Source: an uncultured Opitutaceae bacterium
Lineage (GTDB): Bacteria > Verrucomicrobiota > Verrucomicrobiia > Opitutales > Opitutaceae
Assembly: GCA_964451965.1 (NCBI GenBank)
Contig: CAYVKH010000014.1
Coordinates: 1,979-65,978 of the forward strand
DNA: 64,000 nt
Direction of reading: 5' to 3'
Shown: positions 1 through 9,179 of the stretch, one piece after another
Position numbering within the stretch: position 1 is the stretch's first letter
Layout: each line of letters opens with the position of its first letter
The notes under the pieces: generated by a model
Seen by the model: the letters and a program-made list of their open reading frames with translations, nothing else
Database searches by the model: none
What the model was told of the DNA's origin: nothing
Translations under genes and position numbers: made by a program

Positions 1-872
1 TCCGATTTCTACACTTTATTCAAATTTAGAGCAAAAATAGGAAGGAATGGGCAAGGAGGGCCACCTCACCCAGGCCGTGTCTTCCTCTGAAAGTAAGATT
101 GGGGACGATTGAGAAATGTGTAGCAATGTTGCTGATACGTCTTTGCAGACCTCGGCCTTACCACGTGGCTACCGCGCCCTTGCCCAATCGATCCGACAAA
201 GAAGGGGTATTACGATTTGATCAAAATGGACTGACAAGCAATTTCGGGGGCCTTCGAGGCTGCGGACGGCCTGACCATCCTAAAGTAAACGACAGCCTAT
301 ACAATTTGTCATGGGTGCTTGGCGGCAGCCTTAAGCAGCATTTTGGCGAGGCGCGTCGGACGACAGCGTCCCCATTATCAATTCTAGAGTGTGTCGATGC
401 TGATGGCAATTGCGCGGGCAAGCTGCGTTCGGCTAGGACCATATTTGCCCCGAACAGCTACGATAGAGTCCGGGAAGATTCGGTCGATGCAAGCAGCAGC
501 TGTGCGATTACCTCAAAGGTAAACGCCTGCTTTTCGGAGACCTTGCATGAGTCCAAGAGTGCCGTCCTTTCATGAAGATCCCTTATGGCCGAAACGTGAT
601 AGTTTATTCGCTTGAGCAAACGCCAGCTGGCTCTGGACGTACTTTGCATAGGCGTACAGAAAAAGAATCTTTCATTCGCGCGTGAAAGAATGGTAGGTGA
701 TTCGTGCGCCGCCGTGTTTACGGCGCCCGTTTACCGGGCGAGAAAATCTAACTGTAGCTCGATACCCAATACCGAGCATCTTGTGGGGGTATATTCTCCC
801 GGTCGAGTGAACTGGATTCTTAGCGGGCGCTCACGCTTGCAACAAGAGGCAAGGCATCTCAAGACTCAATCC
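1..872. other. Lower-G+C segment without a supportable gene (possible remnant, foreign or regulatory DNA)
   Basis: A hand count of the first 180 nt gives roughly half G+C, versus about two-thirds elsewhere. The only ORFs are mutually antisense: 99..575 on +, and 221..442 and 458..649 on -. The latter two share one frame and are split by a single TAG. None has a recognisable motif. Confidence 0.35.
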
Positions 873-1304
873 ATGCCGCGGCCGGTCACTGCACTTATCA
901 TCGATGACGAGCCTCACGTACTCGTGTACCTTCGTGCCCTCCTGAAGCAACTGGGCGTCAACACCGTTTGGGATGCCGCCGATGCATCTGCGGCGCTTGA
1001 ACAGGTGGCTGCGCACAAACCCGACGTCGTTCTCCTGGACATGAATCTCCCGCACGTCAGCGGGCTGCAGTTGCTCGCGAAGTTCAAGGCGGAGCATCCC
1101 AAAATGCCCGTCATCGTCGTCTCCGTAATAAGCACGATGAAGACGGTCATCCATGCCCGTGAGCTGGGCGCCGAGGCATACGTGCTAAAGCACCTGCCTA
1201 GAGCTGAGGTGTCTCAGATGCTTTCTGACGCTTTCGATAGGATTTCAGCGAGTTCCGGCGGCGAAACGGCCGGGGATGGAGAGAAGCCGACGGATCGGGT
1301 ATAA
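873..1304 (+). CDS. Stand-alone CheY-like response regulator (REC domain only, 143 aa)
   Basis: ATG at 873 inside ORF 612..1304. REC motifs present: LIIDDEP (acidic pocket), VVLLDMNLP (phospho-acceptor Asp), PVIVVS and AYVLKH (conserved Lys). No output domain. Confidence 0.85.
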   Translation: MPRPVTALIIDDEPHVLVYLRALLKQLGVNTVWDAADASAALEQVAAHKPDVVLLDMNLPHVSGLQLLAKFKAEHPKMPVIVVSVISTMKTVIHARELGAEAYVLKHLPRAEVSQMLSDAFDRISASSGGETAGDGEKPTDRV

Positions 1305-1476
1305 ACGGTACAGCCCTCTGCGGCGGGCTTCTGTCATGGCTTTCTGCCGCAGGTCACTGCCTAAGGTAATTCGGCTTATGGCCAAGATCAAATGTCTCAG
1401 ATCCAGGCGCCGGGCACCGCCTCGCGTCGGGCCGAGCCCTGCGAGGCGGTCTCGCTGTTGGTCACCGGCTCCCTGC

Positions 1477-1845
1477 TCACGGTCCGATGGACTCCTTCGG
1501 AAGGTCAGGAAGTCCGGAGCGGCGGCGCAGGTCCAATGCGAGGGCGAAATACCTCTCCGGGTGTTCCTGACTCGCGCGAAGCTCGGAGAACCCCGCACGC
1601 CAGTATTCCGTCCATGAGCCGGCGGTTCCGGGCGGCCGCAGGCCCTGCGCCTCCCGATTGACCTCGGCGCCTATGGCCGACGAGAAGAACCGCCAGTTTC
1701 CCCGCGTGTCGAGGACGAGGACGCTTCCGTCGGCCTCCCTGCGGGTATCCAGATTCGCGCGCGCCTCCGCGGAGAACGGATCGGGCTCGCGGCAGCCGGC
1801 CGCCAAGAGGCAGAGCGCGAACATGAGGGCGAATGGACGCTTCAT
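1477..1845 (-). CDS. Putative lipoprotein, unknown function
   Basis: ATG at 1845 (MKRPFALMFALCLLAAGC) gives a signal peptide with a lipobox. The rest matches no family I recognise. Confidence 0.55.
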   Translation of the reverse strand: MKRPFALMFALCLLAAGCREPDPFSAEARANLDTRREADGSVLVLDTRGNWRFFSSAIGAEVNREAQGLRPPGTAGSWTEYWRAGFSELRASQEHPERYFALALDLRRRSGLPDLPKESIGP

Positions 1846-1898
1846 TTCTGCCTTTTGGATTGCGGCTTGGCCGCGCGCATGGATCGAGGCCGCGTGCC

Positions 1899-3293
1899 CT
1901 ATATCTGCAGCTTGCTGAGGTTGACCGCCGCGACGCCCTCCACCGGTTCCCCGTGGGCCAGGGCCGGCTTGAAACGGAGGCTTCTCACGACCGCCTGGAG
2001 AAACGGGTCCTCGATCTTCTTCGAGCACGTGACGTCGGCGAAGGGCTCCTCGGCCAATCCGCTCTTCGAGACCTTCACGAAGAACGTCTCGCCGTATTTG
2101 CCCGTCGCGAGCCGGTTGGGCAGCTCGGCGGGAAGCTTTCCCATCGCCGGCACCGCGGGAAGCGTGTCGCTCCTGTGGGCTCCGATATATTCCATCTTCA
2201 CGTACTCGAAGGCCTCGTCGCGGGTGAGTTCCACCCGCTTGGACGACAGGTTGGTCGCGATCTCAACTCCCCGGTTGTAGACGTGGAGCTGGAAGTCGAT
2301 CAGCTCATAGTTGAACGGGAACCCGTCCTCGCTGAAATGGACGTGGGTGTAGTGCGAATCTATCGGGTCCAGGGCCCGCGCATAGACAAGGTTCTGGACG
2401 GTGCCCGGCTTGCCGCCCGTCGCGTGAAACTTGGTTATCGTGACCACATAGGGGTTGTAGAGCGGCCTGTCGGACTTGATGTCGAATTCGACGTCCATCG
2501 CGTCGAGTCCCTGCGTCGTGAGGCGGCCCGCCGGTTCGTCCCCGTTCGCGGTCTGGCTCTCCGCGGCGCCGGCCGTGTCGTTCGCGAGCTTGATGGCGAG
2601 CAAGGGGTTTCCCATGGAGTCCCACATTTCCGGAAGCGTTGACGAAACCAGTGGATTCGGGGGTGGAAACATTTGACCGGGCAAGAGCTTGGGCGGGTGC
2701 GTGATGGCGGGGGTTGTCTGGGCCGTGAACATCAGGGCCCTGTCCCCGAACTGGTTGTTGGACTGGGCAAAGAGCGCCGCGGCTCCGAGGCCCCGGTTCG
2801 ACACCGTGTCGGCCAGGTTGCGCGCGTCCATCGAGACGCCGAGGAGCATCGCATTCGTCGATCCCGCCTTGGTCAGTCCCTTGGTGATGATCACGCTGGG
2901 ATCGTTGTCGAAGGAGTACGCAGCCTCCCTCTTGAAGCCGGCGATCGTCGCGGAGACCTCGGTCAGCTTCAGGTTCGGGGTGATCTTCAGGTTGAGCGGA
3001 GCCTCCCTCGTGGAGACGACCTTGTCCTTCCCGTTGATGTCGATCACCCAGGAGGAACCCACGACGTCTCGGACGACATAAAGGTCCCTGTCGAGGTTGA
3101 CGGAGATGTCGGCGCCCATGAAGAGCGTGTGCGTCTTCGTGGCGTCGACGACATAGTTCTCCATGACGACGGGCTTCTCGCTCCGCGAGCCTGGGGGAGC
3201 GGCAATTGCCACTCCGCCAATGGCCAGGACGGGAAGCAGAGTCCGCACTGCGAGGGACCTCGAAAGGCGATTGAACGTTGGGAGTATGCTCAT
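1899..3293 (-). CDS. Secreted protein with TonB C-terminal-like domain
   Basis: ATG at 3293 (MSILPTFNRLSRSLAVRTLLPVLAIGGVAIAAP) is signal-like. The C-terminal ~70 aa (FLQAVVRSLRFKPALAHGEPVEGVAAVNL) resemble the TonB_C fold. The large N-terminal part is unassigned. Confidence 0.65.
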   Translation of the reverse strand: MSILPTFNRLSRSLAVRTLLPVLAIGGVAIAAPPGSRSEKPVVMENYVVDATKTHTLFMGADISVNLDRDLYVVRDVVGSSWVIDINGKDKVVSTREAPLNLKITPNLKLTEVSATIAGFKREAAYSFDNDPSVIITKGLTKAGSTNAMLLGVSMDARNLADTVSNRGLGAAALFAQSNNQFGDRALMFTAQTTPAITHPPKLLPGQMFPPPNPLVSSTLPEMWDSMGNPLLAIKLANDTAGAAESQTANGDEPAGRLTTQGLDAMDVEFDIKSDRPLYNPYVVTITKFHATGGKPGTVQNLVYARALDPIDSHYTHVHFSEDGFPFNYELIDFQLHVYNRGVEIATNLSSKRVELTRDEAFEYVKMEYIGAHRSDTLPAVPAMGKLPAELPNRLATGKYGETFFVKVSKSGLAEEPFADVTCSKKIEDPFLQAVVRSLRFKPALAHGEPVEGVAAVNLSKLQI

Positions 3294-3516
3294 GGGACGG
3301 GGCGTTGTGCGGGCGATTGCCTCCATCATTCTGCATTCAACGTGCCAAACAATAGGCACTCACCCTAACATGTTTGTAATGAGGATCTAGCGGCCATGCC
3401 GCCTTGGCGCGGCCTTCCAATGATCCTGTCGGATGGTTGCATGCACCCGCTTCCACCGGTCGTGGCTATCCCCGATTGGACATCCTCACCCAACGAATGA
3501 GGTGAAGCTCTCGGAG

Positions 3517-4767
3517 CTATTTAACCGGGTCCGTGCGCTCGGAGACGCCCTGCAGCGGCGGAAGGCGGCTCGAGGGGGAATCGAGGTAGTAGTAGGCCGT
3601 GGCGGAGATGTCGTCCGACCTGTAGAAATTCATCCACCCATCGGGCAGCTTGGGGTCGTCCGCCGGGGCAACGGAATCCGGGTTGTACAGCTGGGTCAGC
3701 TGCCCCTCGCTGTCGATGCTCACCGGGATGAGCGGGATGTTCGCTCGCTGAAGCGCCGCGACGGTCGCCCTGGGGCCGCCGCCGATCTGCTGGAGCGTGA
3801 CCCTGCAGCCGACGTCGAAGAAGACCGGGTCGGGAATCTGGAATCGGTAGTAGCACCACTGCAGGTGCTTCTCGTCCGCCAGCAGGCATCCGGCGTAGTC
3901 GTTGAAGAACTCGCCCTCGCCCCATCCCGTGCCGATGTAGTCCTCGGTGCCGGTCCCTGCGAACGAGGGACGCGCGCGATCGCCGTTCAGGAATATCTTC
4001 ACCTCGCCCTCGCCCCACCACGTGTCCTTGTAGGCCGGGTTGGCATTGATGCCGACGTTCACGCCGAGGAAGCGCCCCTTGCCCTCCACCCTTGGCAGCA
4101 GCTCAAAATCCTTGGAAAGCGCGGTGCCGCGGTCGCGGCTCCAGTAGGCGTGGAAGTAGAGGTTGTCGCCGTTCCACGCCTTCGTCGCATGGAAATCGAC
4201 GTCGAAGAAGATATGCGTGAGGTCCTTGGCAGATTCGTTCGTCACCTGGATCCTGGCGGCCCTGCGGAACGGCATCGGGATATAGCAGATGAAGGACCTG
4301 CCCTCCGGGCTCGCAAAGAGCGCGTTGTGGAACTTGGCGGTCTTTCCGAGACCCACGCCGAAGAAGTCCCCGAGGGGCACCGAGACGGCCGGCCGCTCCT
4401 CGTTGTCCCAGAACATCTCGAGCTTGAGCGACCGGAGCATCTCGGGCGAACGGTCGGCGACCGTCAGCCAGATTCTCGAGATCACCCCTGAGCCCCTGGC
4501 GTCGAGCAGGACGCACGTGGCCCCGGACTTTATCGGGTCAAACGGGTGTCCCTTCGCGCCGTTGTTCTCGGCTGCGGCGGCGCCGGGGCCACCGTTGCGC
4601 CCTTCCGGCGTGCTCCACCGCGGCGCCAGGTTCCCGTTGTAGCGGTAGAGCGCGGCGGAAGAATCCTGGGCCCTCAGGGCGGGTTGCGACGCGCAGAGAA
4701 GAACGGCGGCCGCAAAGGCGCAATTCGCGGCCCTTGGCGTCCTGCCGCCTGCGAAGGGCGAGATCAT
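3517..4767 (-). CDS. DUF2961 / glycoside hydrolase family 172 protein (secreted)
   Basis: Full ORF with ATG at 4767 and a signal-like N-terminus (AAAVLLCASQPALRAQ). Family-typical stretches: RIWLTV, FFGVGLG, YFHAYW, WWGEGEVKIFLNGD, GTGTEDY. Confidence 0.8.
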   Translation of the reverse strand: MISPFAGGRTPRAANCAFAAAVLLCASQPALRAQDSSAALYRYNGNLAPRWSTPEGRNGGPGAAAAENNGAKGHPFDPIKSGATCVLLDARGSGVISRIWLTVADRSPEMLRSLKLEMFWDNEERPAVSVPLGDFFGVGLGKTAKFHNALFASPEGRSFICYIPMPFRRAARIQVTNESAKDLTHIFFDVDFHATKAWNGDNLYFHAYWSRDRGTALSKDFELLPRVEGKGRFLGVNVGINANPAYKDTWWGEGEVKIFLNGDRARPSFAGTGTEDYIGTGWGEGEFFNDYAGCLLADEKHLQWCYYRFQIPDPVFFDVGCRVTLQQIGGGPRATVAALQRANIPLIPVSIDSEGQLTQLYNPDSVAPADDPKLPDGWMNFYRSDDISATAYYYLDSPSSRLPPLQGVSERTDPVK

Positions 4768-4900
4768 TTCCGATGAGAAACCTCCCGCGCGCCGGTTATC
4801 AAACAGAATCTGCGGTCCCTTGGCCGGGAGCCTTCCCCCTGGAGCGGCCGCGCCCAGGGGTTTCAGGCGGACCCCCCGGGGACGCGGCGCCGCGGGGCCG

Positions 4901-7822
4901 TCAGCTCACGGTCACCTCGACCGCCCGGCCGGACACCTTGAAATCGATGAAGCGGGCGCGGGCGTTCAGGGGATGCTCCTCGAGCCGAGCGCGGATCCGG
5001 CGGCCTCCCTCCGGCGAGCCAGCGCACAGGAGCATGTAGCCCCCGCCGCCGGCCCCGAGCAGCTTGCATGCGGCCAGGTCCCCGCCCGCCAGCCGTATGA
5101 TGCGCTCGATCTGCGGCGTGGTCGTGCCGGGATCGAGCCGCTTGTTGAGGTCCCACGAGCGCGCGATGCAGCGGTCGAGGGATGCCTGGTCGCCCTCCTG
5201 CAGGGCCCGGTGAAGGTGCTGGGCGTTGGCGCGGATCAGGCCCAGCGTGCGGAGCGTGGAGGACCGCGCGAGGAACATGTCGTGCACGATCTCCTTGAGG
5301 ATGCCCTTGGCCAGCCGCGTGACGCCCGTGTAGTAGAGGAGGAGCGTCTGGTTCGCGTACGCTTCGCCAAGCAGGTTCTCCGGGAGGTAGCGCACGCTCG
5401 GCCTCTGCGCGAGGCCCGGTTCCGTCTGGATCAGCTTGACGCCCCCGAAAAGGGCCCCCGCCTGGTCCTGCCATCCGCCCCCGGTCGTCAGCAGCTGCTC
5501 AATCGACAGGACCCGCTGATAGAGGTCCACGTGGTCCCATCCGAGGCCGCACGCGCGGTTCAGCGCCCCGAGGAGCGTCGCCCCGAGGATCGACGAGGTG
5601 CCCAGGCCCGACCCCTTCGGCACCGCGCTCAGGAGCGAGATCTCCAGCCCGCCGCCGAATCTTCTGAGGAGCTCGCGCAGCGAGCGCGGGGGCCTGCCCG
5701 GGATGAAACCGGGCAGGAAGCCCGCGAGCGCCAGCGCGGCCTTCGGGAGGCTGAAGCCCGAATGCGCGTCGCGAAAGGACGCCAGGCCCGCAAAGCTCCC
5801 TATGTCCTCCGTCGACCCGAGGTCGATCGAGCGCAGCCGGAACTTGAGCTGCGGGATCGGGCGAACGAAGGCCTGGATCGGGGGCTGGCCGTTCAGCAGC
5901 ACGGCGACGTTCAGGACGCAGCCGCCGAACTCGAAGCAGTAGGGCGGGGTGTCGGTCCAGCCTCCGGCCAGGTCAAAGCGAAGGGGGCTTCGCGCCCAGA
6001 CAATCTGGTCATCCTTGAGCGCAAGGCGCGGCCGGGGCTTCTCAAGGCCGATCGAGGCGATGACCGACTCCCGCAGGCGCGCGTAGCCGGCGGCCGCGAA
6101 TGCCGCGCGCCTGCGCCCCGCCTCCAGGCCTGCCAGCAGCATGAGAAGCCGGGAGGCGTGCTCCGGCCGGTTTATGGTCGAGAGGATCCTCGGCCCGCGC
6201 GCGCGCAGCCAGCGGCCGAGCGCGGGCGCCTCCCGCCTCGCATAGGCCGATATCGCCGCGAAGTCGTGCGTGAACACCCGCATGTCGGCCCCGGAAAGGC
6301 AGGCCTCGAACTCCGCGCGCAGGCCCTCGGCATGCGCCGCGCGGCGGTCCGCGAAGCAGCGCTTGAAGTCGACGGCCTCGGGGATCTGGACCGCGGACAG
6401 CCGGCGGCGGCGCGCCAGGCGCTCCCCGACGGCCGGGTCCGGATGGGGATCGAAGAACCAGCCCAGCGTGTCCTGGTCTATCTCGCGGGCCGACAGGACG
6501 GGGTATATCGGCAGGTCGAAGACCTCCCCCCGCCTTGGGAGGCCGCGCGCGCCGAGCCAGTCGCGGGCATCGTGGCCGCAGATCCTGCCGCCGGCACCCA
6601 CCGCTCCGCGCAGCGTGTCGTCGAGGTGGTGCGGCCTGAGGACCCACCGGGTGCGGCCGACCGGCGCCGCCTCGACGCACCAGCCCTGACCGAGCCAGCG
6701 GACGCGGGCCTTTGCGGGAAGCCCGGTGACGATGTTGTGCCCGTCGAGGCGCACCGAGCGGTGCCCCCCCACCGAGTCCAGCCACACGGGGAGGGACGAA
6801 GGGCTCTTGAAGGCGGACGGCGGCGTGGCCGCGCAGAGCGCCCTCAGCGGCGAGAACTTCCCGCGCTGGATGTGCTCGAACGACTCGAAGAGCTGGCGGC
6901 TTGATCCCAGGTGATAGAACCGGGCGTCCTCGAGGGGGATCACGGACGCGCGCAGCGCGGGCCAACCCAGGCTCCGGAGGCGGCTCGGGGCCCGCGTCTC
7001 GCCGCCCAGGGCGGAACCGATCTCGGTGTAGAGGTCCAGGTGCTCCGGATGGCCGTCCGATGTCGCGAAGCGGCCCCGCGTCTCGTCCCAGCCGCACCTC
7101 CGGAACAGGAGCCTCAGGGCCTCGACGCTCAGGAGCCACATGCCCGTGTCGACAAAGAAGTCATAGCGGGCCGAGAGCCGGTGGATCTCCTCGGCGGACG
7201 GCTTCTGACGGAAGAACGCGATCGGATGCTCGCGCCCCTCGGCGGCGCCCTGCTCCCTGGAGACGAAATACACGCCGAAGTTCCGGGCGATCTCGGGCGC
7301 CACCCGCATTCCTATCCCGGTTATGTCGGCTGTGGCGGCCGGGATCTGGAGCGGGTCGAAATCGAGCCAGACGTCGCCCGCCGTGACCAGGACGGCGGCC
7401 CTCGGGCCGGCCTCCCGGAGCACCTGCTGGTAGGCCGGGATCTGGAAGTCCGCGAGCATCTGGTCGAACCGCCTCGGCGCGAGCCCGTCGACGGCCGGCA
7501 TCGGCAGGAACAGCTTTCCCAGCGCCGCGTACGCCGGGAGACGGCGGCTCTCGCCGCCCCCGTGCAGCACCAGCCTCTGGTCCGCCGCAAGCCACGCAAA
7601 GAGGGGCTTGCGGTGGCGCCCCAGGCCCTCGCGCCACGCCTGGACGAGGAGGCCGATGGTGCCCCCGCCCGATCCCAGGCGGCGCGCCCGCGGGTCGGCC
7701 CCGACAAACACGTCGGCCCCGCCGGCTATCTCCGCCAGCCGTCCGCTCCATAGACTGCGCCCCGCCGGGGAATGAATGAAATCTCTCAGGTGCGGGGGCA
7801 CCGAAAGCAGCACGCGCGTCAT
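4901..7822 (-). CDS. fkp: Bifunctional L-fucokinase / fucose-1-phosphate guanylyltransferase (Fkp-like)
   Basis: ATG at 7822, ~970 aa. The N-terminal half is nucleotidyltransferase-like (GSGGGTIGLL). The C-terminal half is a GHMP kinase (GGWTDTPPY, SAVPKGSGLGTSSILGATLLGAL, GAGGGGYM). Size and domain order match Bacteroides Fkp. Confidence 0.88.
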   Translation of the reverse strand: MTRVLLSVPPHLRDFIHSPAGRSLWSGRLAEIAGGADVFVGADPRARRLGSGGGTIGLLVQAWREGLGRHRKPLFAWLAADQRLVLHGGGESRRLPAYAALGKLFLPMPAVDGLAPRRFDQMLADFQIPAYQQVLREAGPRAAVLVTAGDVWLDFDPLQIPAATADITGIGMRVAPEIARNFGVYFVSREQGAAEGREHPIAFFRQKPSAEEIHRLSARYDFFVDTGMWLLSVEALRLLFRRCGWDETRGRFATSDGHPEHLDLYTEIGSALGGETRAPSRLRSLGWPALRASVIPLEDARFYHLGSSRQLFESFEHIQRGKFSPLRALCAATPPSAFKSPSSLPVWLDSVGGHRSVRLDGHNIVTGLPAKARVRWLGQGWCVEAAPVGRTRWVLRPHHLDDTLRGAVGAGGRICGHDARDWLGARGLPRRGEVFDLPIYPVLSAREIDQDTLGWFFDPHPDPAVGERLARRRRLSAVQIPEAVDFKRCFADRRAAHAEGLRAEFEACLSGADMRVFTHDFAAISAYARREAPALGRWLRARGPRILSTINRPEHASRLLMLLAGLEAGRRRAAFAAAGYARLRESVIASIGLEKPRPRLALKDDQIVWARSPLRFDLAGGWTDTPPYCFEFGGCVLNVAVLLNGQPPIQAFVRPIPQLKFRLRSIDLGSTEDIGSFAGLASFRDAHSGFSLPKAALALAGFLPGFIPGRPPRSLRELLRRFGGGLEISLLSAVPKGSGLGTSSILGATLLGALNRACGLGWDHVDLYQRVLSIEQLLTTGGGWQDQAGALFGGVKLIQTEPGLAQRPSVRYLPENLLGEAYANQTLLLYYTGVTRLAKGILKEIVHDMFLARSSTLRTLGLIRANAQHLHRALQEGDQASLDRCIARSWDLNKRLDPGTTTPQIERIIRLAGGDLAACKLLGAGGGGYMLLCAGSPEGGRRIRARLEEHPLNARARFIDFKVSGRAVEVTVS

Positions 7823-8059
7823 GGGGATGAAGGTGGACTCTTGGCGACGGACGGATGGAGGCAAGGTTTCAACGACGTGGATTCGTACCGGGGATCATGA
7901 CCAACGACGGCCTGAAGACGGCCCCCCTGAAGATCTCGACCGCGAATAGGCCGGACTCGGCCCTCCTGAAGGCAATGGCCGCGCAACGGGCCCGTCATCC
8001 CGGCGGAGGCGGTGCGAGGCGGCGGCCCGCAGGTCGCGGCAGCCCGGGGGAACCCCGCC

Positions 8060-9046
8060 TTATCGCTCCGCCACGGGGCCCAGCGATTTCAGGTCGCCGA
8101 CGGCGACACGCCCCTCGGGCATCGCCATGTGGACCAGCCCGTGGCTGTCCTTGCCGAAATACTGCGCGGCGTTGAAGGAGATCGCCTGAAGCTGCTTGTC
8201 GAATTCCAGGCCCTGCTGGCGCACGCTGAAGCGGGTTTCCCAAAGCAGCTTGTGCTGCTTCTGCTTCCACATGGCCTGGAAGTCGTAGGCCATCACGACC
8301 ACGAAGTACCGGTCGTGCTCCAGCTCGTCAACCAGGTCATCCCTGCGATGCGAAAGCGGCGTTCCCTGGAGGGTCGCGCTCGTGTTGAGCCACGCATCGT
8401 AGCCGAGCATCGCGGCGTTCTGCGCGTCGAGCTCGTCGCGGCCCCGGTTCTCGGCGGCGACGACGGCCATGGCGCCCGTGAAGGCGTTGTCGGCGTCTAT
8501 CTGGTCGGCTATCTGCGTGACCGCGGTGTCGGCCAAGATGTGCCCGCACGCCATGGCCGACCCCTGGGCTGTCAGCTGCGCCGTGGCCGCAAGCGCCTGT
8601 TGCGCATTGCTATTCTTGGCCGCATCCGCCGGAGCCGTTGCGTCCTGCAGATTCTGGACCGCGACCGATTGGTCGGCCCGGTGCGGAGTAATCGTCCGTC
8701 CCCAGTAGAGGACGATCAGCAGCTTGGTCGCCTTTGGATCCTTGGCCGGAAGGTAGTTCCGGCTCTCGAGCGAACCGGCGACAGACCGCGCGACATCCAT
8801 GAAATGCAGGTTGTCGATCGAGGAATCGTTCACCCCGCTCGCCCACCGGCCCCCTTCCGCGAATGCGTAGTACTCGGGCTGGGGGGAACCATCGGCAAGT
8901 TTGGCGCGCGTGTAGGAATCGCTCACCCTGGAGGACACGACGGTTATGGTGCCGGCGTCCTCAAAGGCGCAGGCTGCAGGCCGGGGCATAAGGCACGCTA
9001 CAGAGCCCAGTAGGATGACTAACGGGTAATTAAATGACTTTTGCAT
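8060..9046 (-). CDS. Hypothetical secreted protein
   Basis: ATG at 9046 (MQKSFNYPLVILLGSVACLMPRPAACA) is signal-like and is preceded by an AT-rich leader. No family recognised. Confidence 0.6.
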   Translation of the reverse strand: MQKSFNYPLVILLGSVACLMPRPAACAFEDAGTITVVSSRVSDSYTRAKLADGSPQPEYYAFAEGGRWASGVNDSSIDNLHFMDVARSVAGSLESRNYLPAKDPKATKLLIVLYWGRTITPHRADQSVAVQNLQDATAPADAAKNSNAQQALAATAQLTAQGSAMACGHILADTAVTQIADQIDADNAFTGAMAVVAAENRGRDELDAQNAAMLGYDAWLNTSATLQGTPLSHRRDDLVDELEHDRYFVVVMAYDFQAMWKQKQHKLLWETRFSVRQQGLEFDKQLQAISFNAAQYFGKDSHGLVHMAMPEGRVAVGDLKSLGPVAER

Positions 9047-9179
9047 AAGACCTTGCGTAAGGTTAAATCTCTGGCCGCCCGACAACGTACGCCAGACGAG
9101 GGGCATTTGCAAATGCGATGTTGCCCTCAGGGGGTGCGTCCGCCCATGGCCCGACTCCAGGCCCTGGGAGCGGACGCGC

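Noticed and set aside
99-575. 158-aa ORF, and a GGGGACGAUU... stretch at ~100 that briefly suggested a tmRNA 5' end
   Set aside because: There is no GGAUUCGAC-type acceptor/T-arm context, no alanine-resume tag ORF ending in ALAA-stop, and no 3' GGUUCGAxUCC...CCA end. The ORF product has no recognisable fold signature, so I report the segment only as anomalous DNA.
4820-6904. 694-aa + strand ORF and several other long ORFs overlapping fkp (6042..7139 -, 6911..7753 +, 4863..5474 -)
   Set aside because: All are antisense or out of frame relative to the 970-aa Fkp-like gene, which has clear GHMP-kinase motifs. Their products are Arg/Pro/Ala-rich low-complexity sequence.
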